Positions 37,137-47,178 of a DNA stretch of 64,000 nucleotides are shown here, piece after piece (within the stretch, counting starts at the first letter, position 1; every line of letters begins with the position of its first letter). This DNA is from an uncultured Candidatus Saccharibacteria bacterium (GTDB taxonomy: Bacteria > Patescibacteriota > Minisyncoccia > UBA6257 > Colwellbacteraceae), in assembly GCA_964643135.1 (NCBI GenBank), contig CAZXPC010000004.1, forward strand, positions 4,716 to 68,715, read 5' to 3'. Position numbers and translations under genes: made by a program. The notes under the pieces are model-generated. The model did no database searches and was not told the origin of the DNA. It was given only the letters and a program-made list of their open reading frames with translations.

Positions 37137-38396
37137 TTAGATGTTGTGGATCATGCAACCAAGGATCGTCCCAGCACCCGGGTCGGCAGAGAAGGTAGCT
37201 GTTAAGGTGTCTGCAGTTGGTACAACCTTGTTCAAGCTGACAGAGTTAGCTGAGGCGTCTAGTGAACAGGCCACTACTGCCGTTGACCTTAAACCAGTCA
37301 TAGTGAACGCGTTTGAAGTGGCGCCACCGCCGTAAGTCGTGCTGCGGATCATTGCAAACTGGTTCTGAATCAATGAAGTGGTAGCTGGAGGGGAAGTCGG
37401 GGTAAGAACAAGGGCTCCTGTACCGTACTGGATTGTTGTTTTAGATGTAGTGTTAGATGAACCAAGAACGATTGTCTGAACAGCTGCGCCAGTACCGATC
37501 TGGATACCGTGGGCAGTTGCGCCGTTACCGATCAAGATAGCGCCAGCTGCAGTACCACCTTCTAAGGTAAGCGTTGAGCTTGCGTGAGCAGAACCAACGG
37601 CAACAAGGTCAGCGCCGGTTGCGTCAGCGCCAACGTTGATAGTTGTTGTTTTTGCAACAGCATCGTTACCAACGTTCAAGTTTCCTGTACCAGCGTTGAT
37701 GGTGGTAGCAGAAGTTGAATTGGTTGAGCCGAGAACAACAGTGTTTACGGCTGCGCCAGTACCGATCTGGATACCGTGGGCAGTTGCGCCGTTACCGATC
37801 AAGATAGCGCCAGCTGCAGTACCACCTTCTAAGGTAAGCGTTGAGCTTGCGTGAGCAGAACCAACGGCAACAAGGTCAGCGCCGGTTGCGTCAGCGCCAA
37901 CGTTGATAGTTGTTGTTTTTGCAACAGCATCGTTACCAACGTTCAAGTTTCCTGTACCAGCGTTGATGGTGGTAGCAGAAGTTGAATTGGTTGAGCCGAG
38001 AACAACAGTGTTTACGGCTGCGCCTGAACCAATGCTTATTGTTTTTGCAGTAGCACCGTTACCGATCGAGATACCGCCAGTGTTTGCGGCACCGATTGAA
38101 ATGGTTGATGATGTTGCGTTGTCGAACAATGTGTTAGCGCCCCCGGTGACTGCGCCGTTGTAGGTAGTGGCACCGGTTGCGGTAGCGTTACCAAGCGTTA
38201 ATGTGCCCGTGGTCAAAGCGCCGCCCATCAAGATGTTCGATGCGGCTGCGGCTTCGAGGGTTAAGGCTCCGCTGCTGGTTGCTGTTAATGCGCCAAAAGT
38301 CAAAGTTGCTGAAGCTCCGTTGACTCCGACTACTCCGACCATCAAGGACAGTACGCCCAAGATGAGTCCTAATTTTGTTAATTTGTTTTTAATCAT
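37137..38396 (-). CDS. Secreted G/A/T-rich repetitive (beta-solenoid/adhesin-like) protein
   Basis: Signal peptide MIKNKLTKLG..., IxIG repeats, 89-aa exact duplication. Confidence 0.8.
   Translation of the reverse strand: MIKNKLTKLGLILGVLSLMVGVVGVNGASATLTFGALTATSSGALTLEAAAASNILMGGALTTGTLTLGNATATGATTYNGAVTGGANTLFDNATSSTISIGAANTGGISIGNGATAKTISIGSGAAVNTVVLGSTNSTSATTINAGTGNLNVGNDAVAKTTTINVGADATGADLVAVGSAHASSTLTLEGGTAAGAILIGNGATAHGIQIGTGAAVNTVVLGSTNSTSATTINAGTGNLNVGNDAVAKTTTINVGADATGADLVAVGSAHASSTLTLEGGTAAGAILIGNGATAHGIQIGTGAAVQTIVLGSSNTTSKTTIQYGTGALVLTPTSPPATTSLIQNQFAMIRSTTYGGGATSNAFTMTGLRSTAVVACSLDASANSVSLNKVVPTADTLTATFSADPGAGTILGCMIHNI
37483..38024. repeat. 267-bp in-frame tandem duplication
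   Basis: 37483-37749 matches 37750-38016 with no mismatch seen, plus 8 bp of a third unit. Confidence 0.92.
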
Positions 38397-38683
38397 TTTT
38401 GTAAAATTTGTAATTGTTTTTTGGGGAATCAAATTCTTATATCTTCGATTTTTGTTTTTTGGAGTAAACCGACCTTAAGATGTTTTACTCTAAAAAAACA
38501 AATGTTTAATCGAGTCTAAAAATTTGAGGTTTATAATTTTATACTTTTCCTTCTTATGATTATCACGAGCTTCTAGACGGCTCACGAGAATCTGCGACCT
38601 TTCCATAAACCGCATTTTGCGGATTGCAATTATTATAACATAGCAAGGCTTCGGGTGCTGAAAGATCAAACTGTGGATATCTT

Positions 38684-38812
38684 CCCGCCTCCGAAATCCG
38701 ATCTACCCTTCAGGGCACAGCATAAATCTCTGCTGAGATTTTGCTTTCCGCTCACCCGCCTACGCGGGCTTCCGCGAATCCCTTCAGAATAGATTCGGAT
38801 TTCTCGGCTATG
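38684..38812 (-). repeat. Structured intergenic element B (one module)
   Basis: CCCGCCTCC start, GAAATCCGA...TCGGATTTC basal stem, CTCGGCTATG end. Confidence 0.8.
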
Positions 38813-38888
38813 CTAAGGAGTGTGTTGTGAAAATTGCAATCGACGCAAAGGGTCACAATATAAAACGTCTCTTCGGGTAGAAAATTAC

Positions 38889-38916
38889 AAACGGCAACCG
38901 TGTGGTGTTGCCGTTT
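38889..38916 (-). terminator. Terminator-like hairpin
   Basis: AAACGGCAAC-8nt-GTTGCCGTTT. Confidence 0.55.
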
Positions 38917-38940
38917 GAAGTTGCCGATTAAGATTGCTGT

Positions 38941-40011
38941 TTAAATCAGGTCGTTGACCTTGGCGCGGGTTAGCGGGCCAAAGTTGCCATAGCCCGGCGA
39001 ATTAATACTCGTAACAATGCCATACTTTATCTGGAACCGGCCGACGGCGGCTCTGGTACGGAGGCCGAAGTAGCCTGTAACCAAGCCTTCGGGGTAAATA
39101 TCTTTGCCCTGGTTCTTGAGGAACATTTGGAGCCGGCTGACCTCGATGCCGGTTGAACCGAGCGATAGTGACTTCAAGAAAAGGATGCCGACCATGATAT
39201 TGCCGCTTGGATTTCCACTCGTATCAATACTGCTACTCAACCCGGGCGGGATCGGCATAGGTGACGGCATTGACGTCGGAGCCGGGGTAGGGCTTGGAGC
39301 GGCTGGCGGAACATATGAATAGTCGAGCGTAACTGTCGCTGAAGCTAACGGGGAAAGATTGTGGGCGGCGTCCCTAAATTGAGCGTAGACAGTTTTCGAA
39401 CCGCTGCCGGAAGAAAGAACCCAATTTCTGGTCGAAGCGAAAGACTCCCAAGACATACCGTAGAAATCCGGAGCGGAGCCAATAATCATTTCGGTCGCGC
39501 CGGTTGCGGCAAGACCGAGAGTAACACTGGTAGAGTTTACCACTGTCGCTCCGTTATTAATCGAGACAGAAACATTGGTCGGGGCATATTGATCAACCGG
39601 ACTGGTACTGTAAGAAGTGCTTTTTATCGGCGCGGTATAAAAGCTCCATGAATAGGGCAGGCCGGAAAGGGCTACTCCTTCGGCGGAGTTCGCCGCAGAA
39701 ATGGTCGCCATATATTGGGCGCTCAGATGGCTGTAGCTACTATGAGCCAAGCTAACTGTTTTGGAATCGGTCCAAGTGGCGGTGTAATTTTCTGGAGGAT
39801 TGGTCGAGAAAACCAAGGAAGATGGATTCATAATCTCGGAAAAGGTTATGACGATCGGATCGAGAGTATTCTGATGAGTTGAATTATTGGCCGGGTAGAC
39901 GCTCACAACATATGGCGTGTTAGCTGCTTTGACCGACGAAGAGCCGATAACTAAAAAGGAGGCCACTGCAAACACTCCAGTGAAATGCTTTATAATATTA
40001 AGTTTTGTCAT
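38941..40011 (-). CDS. Secreted Ig-like (Big_5-like) protein with a C-terminal peptidoglycan-binding domain
   Basis: IVITFSE...YSWSF, KTVYAQFRD, LSLGSTGIEVSRLQ...GPLTR; start set at MTKLN. Confidence 0.85.
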   Translation of the reverse strand: MTKLNIIKHFTGVFAVASFLVIGSSSVKAANTPYVVSVYPANNSTHQNTLDPIVITFSEIMNPSSLVFSTNPPENYTATWTDSKTVSLAHSSYSHLSAQYMATISAANSAEGVALSGLPYSWSFYTAPIKSTSYSTSPVDQYAPTNVSVSINNGATVVNSTSVTLGLAATGATEMIIGSAPDFYGMSWESFASTRNWVLSSGSGSKTVYAQFRDAAHNLSPLASATVTLDYSYVPPAAPSPTPAPTSMPSPMPIPPGLSSSIDTSGNPSGNIMVGILFLKSLSLGSTGIEVSRLQMFLKNQGKDIYPEGLVTGYFGLRTRAAVGRFQIKYGIVTSINSPGYGNFGPLTRAKVNDLI

Positions 40012-40039
40012 AATGTAGAAAATTATATCACATTCGCGC

Positions 40040-40071
40040 AAAACAAAAACCACCCGTTTTTAGGCGGGTGG
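40040..40071 (-). terminator. Intrinsic terminator of the S-layer-like gene
   Basis: CCACCCG...CGGGTGG followed by TTTTTGTTTT. Confidence 0.7.
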
Positions 40072-40119
40072 AATTTGTTTGATTTAGAAAGTCTCAAGTC
40101 AATCTAAACCAGTATCTGC

Positions 40120-43100
40120 TTAGTGCTGGAGGTTCTCTGAGTCCAACGGCAAGTTCTTCACTAAGAAGTCGTTGTTCCAGTCAGTTGTGCCAACAGTGTG
40201 GCCGCTAGCTGAAACGTCGGACCAGATGAAGCTTGGGTAGGTTGAACCGCTGTTTGCGCCCTGGATAGTTAAGCCAGAGTCAGAGTCGGTCGTGGTGGCA
40301 GCAACAGTCGAACCGGCAGCATAGGTGCTGGTTACAAGAGTAATGGTTGTTACCTGTACGCCTGCGTTAGCAGAGACAGCGGTAACGTTCAATACTACCT
40401 GGTTGTCAGTACCGTTAGTACACTTGATCGACAAGATGCTTGCAACAGTGGTGGTAGTGTTACCAGTTCCGTTAATAGCATCGTAGGCGTTACAAGTGAA
40501 GCCATCGGTCGTAACCAAAGTACCGGTGATGTTGCCAATTGTGTTGGTGGCAGCGCCAGTTTCGGTCAAGATGATGGTTCGGCCAGTCGTAATGGTACCG
40601 AATGATCGGACCTCGTTGGTGCCGCTTCCTGATCCACCCAATTCTTCAACCTCTCCAGTGTTGGTTTGGCTGTAGGTGTCATCCGAAACAGAAGTCATGA
40701 TCGTGTAGCGCTTGTCGCTAGCAGTCACGGTACCTGAGTTATCAACATCCTGGTAAGCAAAACCAGTGGTCGGCGCGTTGTGAGCCGTGGTCGGCGCAGC
40801 AACTGAAGTCGAGATACTGCTGGTTGAGCCGTTGTCTGAAGCGATAGTTGCCTTAAGAGCGTAGTTAACCGAAGCGCCGCCGCTAACTTGCTGTTCCACG
40901 TTAAGTGTGCCAGCAGCGTTAGTCGGAACGAAGATGAATCGGCAAACCAAGGCAGTTGCATCACAGACCGCGTCAGAGTTAGTGACGTCGAGGATTGTGA
41001 AGACACCGGTGATCTGCTGGCTTGAATCAGAGTTCCAAAGAGCCGGAGCAGTAATAACTACTTCCGAAGTCTTGTTAACGGTGAAGACAAGCTTGTTCCA
41101 GCCGACAGTGCCGCCGTTGGCTGCGATGTTCAATTTGTCCAAAGTGATGCCGGTACCGTTCGAGATAACTGTGGAAGGTAGGGCAACGTTGGTAAGCATC
41201 GGGGTGGAAGCGTAAGCGTACATAGCGTTAGCTGGTGAGCTTACGGTCGTTGTAGCGTTAGTACCGGTTGAGCTGGTGGTCTTGTACTGGGTCAAGGTAG
41301 CTGTGATAGCTTCACCTGAAGTACCAGCGTTGAAACCAACTGTTCCCAAGACTGCGTCAACGTGAAGCACCTTGGTAACAGAGGTAACTGGGATAGACAA
41401 GCCGGTGAAGGCTACTGTGGTCGACCCTGGCATGGTGGCTAAGACGTTGTTAGACGAGTCCTTCAATTGAACTGACGAGACTGAAGTTGCCGCAGCAAGG
41501 GTTACAGTTACGTCGGTCAAAGTGTAGGTGTCGTTCGTCGCTGTCCACTTCCAGGCGCCGATCGTGTTCGTTGAATTGTCGAACAAGTTCTTAGCCAAAG
41601 GAGTAGAAGCGTCCAAACCGCTAGCAATCGTGCCGGTGGCGGCAGTAATGATCTGGCCCGAGAAGACTGCTAAGTCAGTGCTGGTGGAGCTGCTCGTACC
41701 GTCAGCTTTGGTGTACAAAGATGTCGATGAGGAAGCAGTCACGCCGACAACATCCATCTTAGTGATGATGGCATCGCCAGTTGTAATCGAAGTACCGATA
41801 TCTGCGTAGACATCAATCTGGGCTGTTCCGTTGATCGGAAGAGTGTGAGAGATGGACCAAGTGTTAGCGCCGGCGGTCGTGCTGACAGTCGGTTTAACAT
41901 TGGCTTCGGCAGTACCGTTGTAAACGATCTTGACGTTGGTCAAGTCATCAGCAGTGAAGGTCGTGCCAGTAGATGTAGCGAAGTCAACGCCAATTGTGTT
42001 GAGGTTGATTGCTTCGGTAGAGCTGCCAGTTAACTGGAACGAAGCCATCTTGTAGTTAGTCTGAGGAATAACCGTAGTCTGGTTCGTGTAGTTAGATGTC
42101 TTGGCGATAGTCAAAGTTCCGGCCTTAACGGTAACAGTGTTAGCTGAAACCGCGGCAGGAGGAACAGTTGAAAGCACGCCGGAGACTGAACCCTGCGCGT
42201 TGTTAGCCGTACCTGCGTTCAGCCTGGCCTGTAAGGTGTCGGTTGAAGCGAGGGTAGGAGTACCATCGGCGTCGTAGACGTCAGCCCGGATTTCAACAGT
42301 GTTAACACCGACTGGCAACGTTGTGTTGACAGTGTAGTTTGTCGAACCGCTGGTTGAAATGTTCTGAGTGCTGCCGTACTGAGCGCCGTTGATTACGATT
42401 CGGCCGTTGCGGAGTGAACCGACAGCTGAACCGCCAACTGCAGTGTAAACAACCTGGGCATTCAATGAGTCCAACTTAACTGGTTCGCCGTAAACGGTAA
42501 AGTTAAATTTACCAAGAGATACGTCCGAAGCGTTAAGAGTAACGTTGCCTGATGGAGAATCAGATGCCTTTTGGACAGTGATGCTGCCAGGGGTAACGGT
42601 TTGCGTGCCGCCGGTTGGCTTAGTACCAGTGATGGTAAGACCAACGCCGTACTGAACATCGATCAAACCGATGTCAGCCACAGAGCGCAAGTTGAAGGCG
42701 AAGGTTCGGTTAGAACCGCCGACAACGTCAGCTACAACTTTGAATGTCCTTGAACCAGCTAAAAGCTTAACTGGAGCAGCGGAAAGGTCAAAGGTAACGT
42801 AACCGTTAGAATCAAGCGATGGGACTGCTGAACCAACCAAAGCTCCATCTACGTAGAGACGGAAGTTTCGGATGTCAGAGTAAGCGATTGATCCAACTTC
42901 GTGAAGCGCTAACCATTTTAGCCAAACATCTTTGCTAACGCTCAAGGTGTAGGTACCCCATACGGTGATATCTACGCCAGGGTTAAGAGAAGTGTTGGTT
43001 GAAGGGTTGTTGCTTGCACCGTCGGTAAAGCTAACAGCTGAAAGGTTCGCTGAAGTTGCAACGGTCATCAAGTTGCCAGACAAGCTGGTTGGGGTGACGG

Positions 43101-43941
43101 TACCGTTTGCAGTGAATCCAGTCATTCTGATGCCGATCGTTGAACCGGCTGAAGCGTTGCCGATGTCGGCTTTAACAGAAATGACCTTTGAGCCATTAAC
43201 TGTGAACAAGCCGCCGGCGTTGGTGAAGTTGATAGCACCGCCGCTCGTTACTGAAGCGCCGTCGGTAAGACGCATTGCGCCATCGTAAAGATAGACGTTC
43301 GCTAAATCAGAGTCAGCAGAGATACCAAACCTCTGAAGGTTGACTGCTGTAACTACGCCAGAACCGGTAAAGGTGACGTGTAGGAAGTCAGCGCCTGCCT
43401 CTCCAAGGTTAGAAACCGTGCTAACTACAACAGTTCTAGAAGCTGGGGTGTCAGACGATAGGAATGCTGACACGCCTGAAGCTGGAACTGGAGTTGGGGT
43501 CGGAGTTGGGGTCGGAGTTGGGGTCACAACAACGCCACCGAGACTGGCGATCTTAGCCCTAGTGATAGGACCGAAGAAGCCGGTTGCTGGTACGCCGTGT
43601 AATTCCTGCCATCCCATTAAAGCTGCTTTGGTTTTTAAGCCAAAGTAGGTGGTCTCAAAACCAGGGCGTCCTGCGCCGTCCGATGAAGGAGCAACGAGTG
43701 AGCCGTGGGTGTTGAGGTAGATTTGCAATTGGCGAACATCTTCTCCGACAGATCCGACTGTGAGGTTTCGGGTCCATACGTAGGTAGATGAGGAGCCTTG
43801 CAAAGCTGCTAACTGAGCTTGTAAGGCTGCTAACTGAGCTTGCAAGTCAGAAACAGTAGCCGCGTGAGCAGCGCCTGAACCAACAAGAAGAGTTACAGCC
43901 AAAAGAGCGACAGTCGCAATCTTTTTAAATGCGATACTCAT
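40120..43941 (-). CDS. S-layer-like major surface protein (1273 aa) with an N-terminal peptidoglycan-binding domain
   Basis: Signal peptide, LQAQLAA coiled coil, LTVGSVGEDVRQLQ...GPITR, (PT)n linker, T/S/A/G/V-rich beta domains, strong codon bias. Confidence 0.82.
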   Translation of the reverse strand: MSIAFKKIATVALLAVTLLVGSGAAHAATVSDLQAQLAALQAQLAALQGSSSTYVWTRNLTVGSVGEDVRQLQIYLNTHGSLVAPSSDGAGRPGFETTYFGLKTKAALMGWQELHGVPATGFFGPITRAKIASLGGVVVTPTPTPTPTPTPVPASGVSAFLSSDTPASRTVVVSTVSNLGEAGADFLHVTFTGSGVVTAVNLQRFGISADSDLANVYLYDGAMRLTDGASVTSGGAINFTNAGGLFTVNGSKVISVKADIGNASAGSTIGIRMTGFTANGTVTPTSLSGNLMTVATSANLSAVSFTDGASNNPSTNTSLNPGVDITVWGTYTLSVSKDVWLKWLALHEVGSIAYSDIRNFRLYVDGALVGSAVPSLDSNGYVTFDLSAAPVKLLAGSRTFKVVADVVGGSNRTFAFNLRSVADIGLIDVQYGVGLTITGTKPTGGTQTVTPGSITVQKASDSPSGNVTLNASDVSLGKFNFTVYGEPVKLDSLNAQVVYTAVGGSAVGSLRNGRIVINGAQYGSTQNISTSGSTNYTVNTTLPVGVNTVEIRADVYDADGTPTLASTDTLQARLNAGTANNAQGSVSGVLSTVPPAAVSANTVTVKAGTLTIAKTSNYTNQTTVIPQTNYKMASFQLTGSSTEAINLNTIGVDFATSTGTTFTADDLTNVKIVYNGTAEANVKPTVSTTAGANTWSISHTLPINGTAQIDVYADIGTSITTGDAIITKMDVVGVTASSSTSLYTKADGTSSSTSTDLAVFSGQIITAATGTIASGLDASTPLAKNLFDNSTNTIGAWKWTATNDTYTLTDVTVTLAAATSVSSVQLKDSSNNVLATMPGSTTVAFTGLSIPVTSVTKVLHVDAVLGTVGFNAGTSGEAITATLTQYKTTSSTGTNATTTVSSPANAMYAYASTPMLTNVALPSTVISNGTGITLDKLNIAANGGTVGWNKLVFTVNKTSEVVITAPALWNSDSSQQITGVFTILDVTNSDAVCDATALVCRFIFVPTNAAGTLNVEQQVSGGASVNYALKATIASDNGSTSSISTSVAAPTTAHNAPTTGFAYQDVDNSGTVTASDKRYTIMTSVSDDTYSQTNTGEVEELGGSGSGTNEVRSFGTITTGRTIILTETGAATNTIGNITGTLVTTDGFTCNAYDAINGTGNTTTTVASILSIKCTNGTDNQVVLNVTAVSANAGVQVTTITLVTSTYAAGSTVAATTTDSDSGLTIQGANSGSTYPSFIWSDVSASGHTVGTTDWNNDFLVKNLPLDSENLQH

Positions 43942-44296
43942 TTTGTAAATTAATTCGTAAAATCTTTTTGTATTATTTGGATGATACCTTGCAAGTTACC
44001 ATCATCGACCAGCTGCTCTACACATGTGAGGTTTGTGCCTTTCCCACCTCGGCCCCTCAGCCCACTTGTGAGGTGAGGGGCTAAGGCGAGGTATAAAGCG
44101 GCGAGCTGATGTTTGCAAAGATCCTAGTAACAATTTCGGACGGGGCAGATCTTAAAAAAGAAATGACCTCGAGTGAGGCGATGACGTGAACGAAACAGGT
44201 ACGAAGGATTCACCTCGGAAACGAGGAGACGCCTTGCGCCTGTAAAAATATTTGCTTAGGTAGGCCTCACTTCCTGCCTAAATCAATATTTACTTA

Positions 44297-44326
44297 ATGC
44301 TAGCACGTGAGATCACATGCTTGCAA
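44297..44326 (-). promoter_or_regulatory. Promoter of the S-layer-like gene with a palindromic spacer
   Basis: TTGCAA-18nt-TAGCAT (TGn-extended); inverted repeat AGCACGTGA-GA-TCACATGCT. Confidence 0.45.
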
Positions 44327-44403
44327 TAGGGTAAAACGCGGCGTCAACCGCAACGTTACATGGCAGGTTCGACAGCTTGCGCGCCAACTCGGACAAGCTA
44401 AGT

Positions 44404-45090
44404 TTACCGGGTGATTGCCGTTTGGGTAGGAAGGGAGACTTCGAGGGACTCGAAGTAGCTGTTGGGGCCTCCCCCGCCGATACGCTTAACTAGCTGTTTT
44501 TCGATCAGGTTTTGGATGTCGTTCCGGATGGTTCTTTCGCTCACTTCAGGCATGGCTTCCAAGATGTTTCTTAAACGGCAAAATGGAATTTCCCGGACGT
44601 GGCGGAGAATTGATCTTTGGCGATCTGTTATCGAATCCCGCTCTGAAGATGCGCTGACAGACCTAAGCTTTATCTCTATTGGCGCGATAGATTTTTTGGA
44701 CTCGATCAGTTTATTCGGCAAAGTTGAAGCGGCAAACATTCCTGAGATATCGAGGTCGTTGCCGGTTGAAGCCAACTTGATGGAAGCCTGGTGCGCTTGA
44801 ATTGCCGTTTGGAGATTGCCCAGCTCCCGCCTCAAGACCATGGCATTCACAGTTTTCATCTCTTCCACAGACTCGGCAAGGGAGATCAGGCGTTCTAACT
44901 TATCCACAGGGCTCGCAAAAATATCTGACATTTGATCTTTAATATTTGACAGCGCCGGCAAATTGGCGAGGAAATCAACCGCGGCATTTTCAATTTCTTT
45001 CCGCAATTCGGCATTGGTCATAACGGCGGCGCAGCGAAAAACGGCATAAGAGATGTCGTGGCACTTTTGGCTGATCGGGCTGAGAGACAT
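44404..45090 (-). CDS. Helical N-domain plus C-terminal DeoR-type winged-HTH protein
   Basis: RQRSIL...VSERTIRNDIQNL...VKRIG. Confidence 0.8.
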   Translation of the reverse strand: MSLSPISQKCHDISYAVFRCAAVMTNAELRKEIENAAVDFLANLPALSNIKDQMSDIFASPVDKLERLISLAESVEEMKTVNAMVLRRELGNLQTAIQAHQASIKLASTGNDLDISGMFAASTLPNKLIESKKSIAPIEIKLRSVSASSERDSITDRQRSILRHVREIPFCRLRNILEAMPEVSERTIRNDIQNLIEKQLVKRIGGGGPNSYFESLEVSLPTQTAITR

Positions 45091-45174
45091 AATGTGGAAA
45101 ATTGTAATATGGAAACGGCAAGTTAGTCAAAGGACTCCTCGAAACAAATTGGTTTCTTCGCTATACTATTTATT

Positions 45175-46785
45175 ATGGCAAAGCGAACTGTGGTGATGGT
45201 GGTGATGGATGGATGGGGGGTCGGTAAAAGGGATGACACCAATCCGATTTATATTAAAAATCCTCCGACGATTAATTTTATTAAGCACAATTATAAGGCC
45301 GGGGTTTTGCAGGCTTCGGGCATTGCGGTCGGCTTGCCTTGGGATGAGGAAGGTAATTCGGAAGTTGGCCACTTAACGCTGGGGTCGGGGCGAGTTTTGT
45401 ACCAGCACTACCCGCGCATAACTTTGGCGATACGGAGCGGAGCTTTTTTCAGCAACGAAGTTTTGCTCGCGGCGATTAACAAGGCTAAGGCGGCGAAAAA
45501 GAATGTCAACATAATAGGCGTCTTGTCCGAGGGCAATGTCCACGCCTCGCTTGATCACCTGCATGCCCTAATCGAGCTGGCTAAAAGAGAAGCAGTAACG
45601 CAGATCAACCTGCATCTTTTTACAGACGGCAAAGACGGACCGTCGAAACACGGGGCGCAGCTTTTACGGGGCATCGGGAAAAAGGCTGAAGAGATAGCCG
45701 GACAGGGCCAAGGTGCTTTGCAAGTTAAACTGGGCAGCGTCGGCGGCCGGTACTATGGAATGGACCGTGATGGACATACGGACAGGACCGAGAAAGCGTA
45801 TATGGCGATATTTGGGCAAGGTGAAGGCGCCACCTCTGCTAACGCCGGGGAAACACCTCCAGGCGATTGGTTTGAGAAAGCGGCGGAGTATGTTGAGAGC
45901 CAATATAAAGCAGGTATTACTGATGAGTATATTACGCCAACGGCGGTTGACTCAACCGGTGCGGTTAAAGATGGCGACAGCGTTATATTTTTCGATTTCA
46001 GGGAAGACAGCATGAGGCAGATCACCGAAATGTTTCTAAATGACCCGAGGCAGAAGACGGAAGACCGGAAGCTAAATATTGTTACGTTTACAAATTACAA
46101 TGACAAATATGATTTGCCGGTGGCCTTTCCGCCTGAAGATGTAAAAAATCCCCTGGGGAAAGTTATATCGGACAGCGGCCGAACGCAATTAAGAATCGCC
46201 GAGTCGAATAAATACGCTCACGTAACCTATTTCTTCAACGGGTTTCAGGAGGTGCCGTTTAAGAATGAATATCGGGCGCTGGTCCCCTCTCAAAACGTGG
46301 CGCGGCACGACGAACACCCGGAAATGATGGCGCAGGAAATTACCGAACGGGCGCTGGCGGCTATTGCCGAAGGTATTTATGATTTTATTCTGATTAACTA
46401 TGCCAACGCCGATATTGTGGCTCATACCGGCAATTACAACGCGACTTTAAAGGCGGTCGAGGTAGTTGACGAACAGATTAAGAGGCTAACCGAAGCGGTG
46501 CTGAAGGCCGGCGGAGTGATGCTCATTACCGCAGACCACGGCAATGCCGAGAAGCTGATCGAACCGGATACGGGCCTGCCGGAGACTAAACACGATAAAT
46601 CGCCGGTACCGGTATATATCATCGGCCGGGAGTTTGCGGCGCCAAAGGACGACTTTGTGGTAGCCCAAACAGAAAACGAGAGCGCCGGGCTGATTTCGGA
46701 CGTGGCGCCGACAATCTTGGAAATAATGGGGCTGAAGGCGCCGGAAGAAATGACGGGGATATCGCTCCTGCGGATTTTGCAGTAG
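45175..46785 (+). CDS. gpmI: 2,3-bisphosphoglycerate-independent phosphoglycerate mutase
   Basis: DGWG, GNSEVGH, GRYYGMDRD, ADHGNAE. Confidence 0.96.
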   Translation: MAKRTVVMVVMDGWGVGKRDDTNPIYIKNPPTINFIKHNYKAGVLQASGIAVGLPWDEEGNSEVGHLTLGSGRVLYQHYPRITLAIRSGAFFSNEVLLAAINKAKAAKKNVNIIGVLSEGNVHASLDHLHALIELAKREAVTQINLHLFTDGKDGPSKHGAQLLRGIGKKAEEIAGQGQGALQVKLGSVGGRYYGMDRDGHTDRTEKAYMAIFGQGEGATSANAGETPPGDWFEKAAEYVESQYKAGITDEYITPTAVDSTGAVKDGDSVIFFDFREDSMRQITEMFLNDPRQKTEDRKLNIVTFTNYNDKYDLPVAFPPEDVKNPLGKVISDSGRTQLRIAESNKYAHVTYFFNGFQEVPFKNEYRALVPSQNVARHDEHPEMMAQEITERALAAIAEGIYDFILINYANADIVAHTGNYNATLKAVEVVDEQIKRLTEAVLKAGGVMLITADHGNAEKLIEPDTGLPETKHDKSPVPVYIIGREFAAPKDDFVVAQTENESAGLISDVAPTILEIMGLKAPEEMTGISLLRILQ

Positions 46786-46794
46786 AATGTAATT

Positions 46795-47163
46795 ATGAAA
46801 GGGATTCTAAATTTACTCGCGGCGTGGGTGGGAAACGGCATAGCTTTGTGGCTCGCCGGGCATTACATTCCGGGTATCAATGTTTCAACCGATATTAAGG
46901 AGATCGCCATCGCGGCGGGAATATTGGCCCTAATCAATCTTTTTATCAAACCTTTGTTGAAGCTGGTCTTAAGCCCGATTATCTTAATAACGCTGGGGCT
47001 GGCCGTGATCGCTATTAATGCCTTTACGATTTACGTTATGATCCAGTTGGTGCCTCAGATTGTGTCGATACCGGCCCTGGCTTCGGGCGCTGGACTTTTG
47101 ACGCTGCTTTACGTTACGATACTCGTCAGCGTAATTAACATTATTACGCGGAAGATTATCTAA
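46795..47163 (+). CDS. YvlD-like 4-TM membrane protein (holin superfamily IV-like)
   Basis: LINLFIKPLL...PIILITLGL...IN. Confidence 0.85.
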   Translation: MKGILNLLAAWVGNGIALWLAGHYIPGINVSTDIKEIAIAAGILALINLFIKPLLKLVLSPIILITLGLAVIAINAFTIYVMIQLVPQIVSIPALASGAGLLTLLYVTILVSVINIITRKII

Positions 47164-47178
47164 TAGCATCATATAAAA

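Noticed and set aside
44196-44242. c-di-GMP-I riboswitch (GAAA tetraloop followed by GACGC)
   Set aside because: Resemblance is on the strand opposite the downstream gene, and the second stem and receptor are missing
46795-47163. Prophage, suggested by the holin-like annotation
   Set aside because: YvlD-like gene in a housekeeping gpmI-secG context; no phage genes
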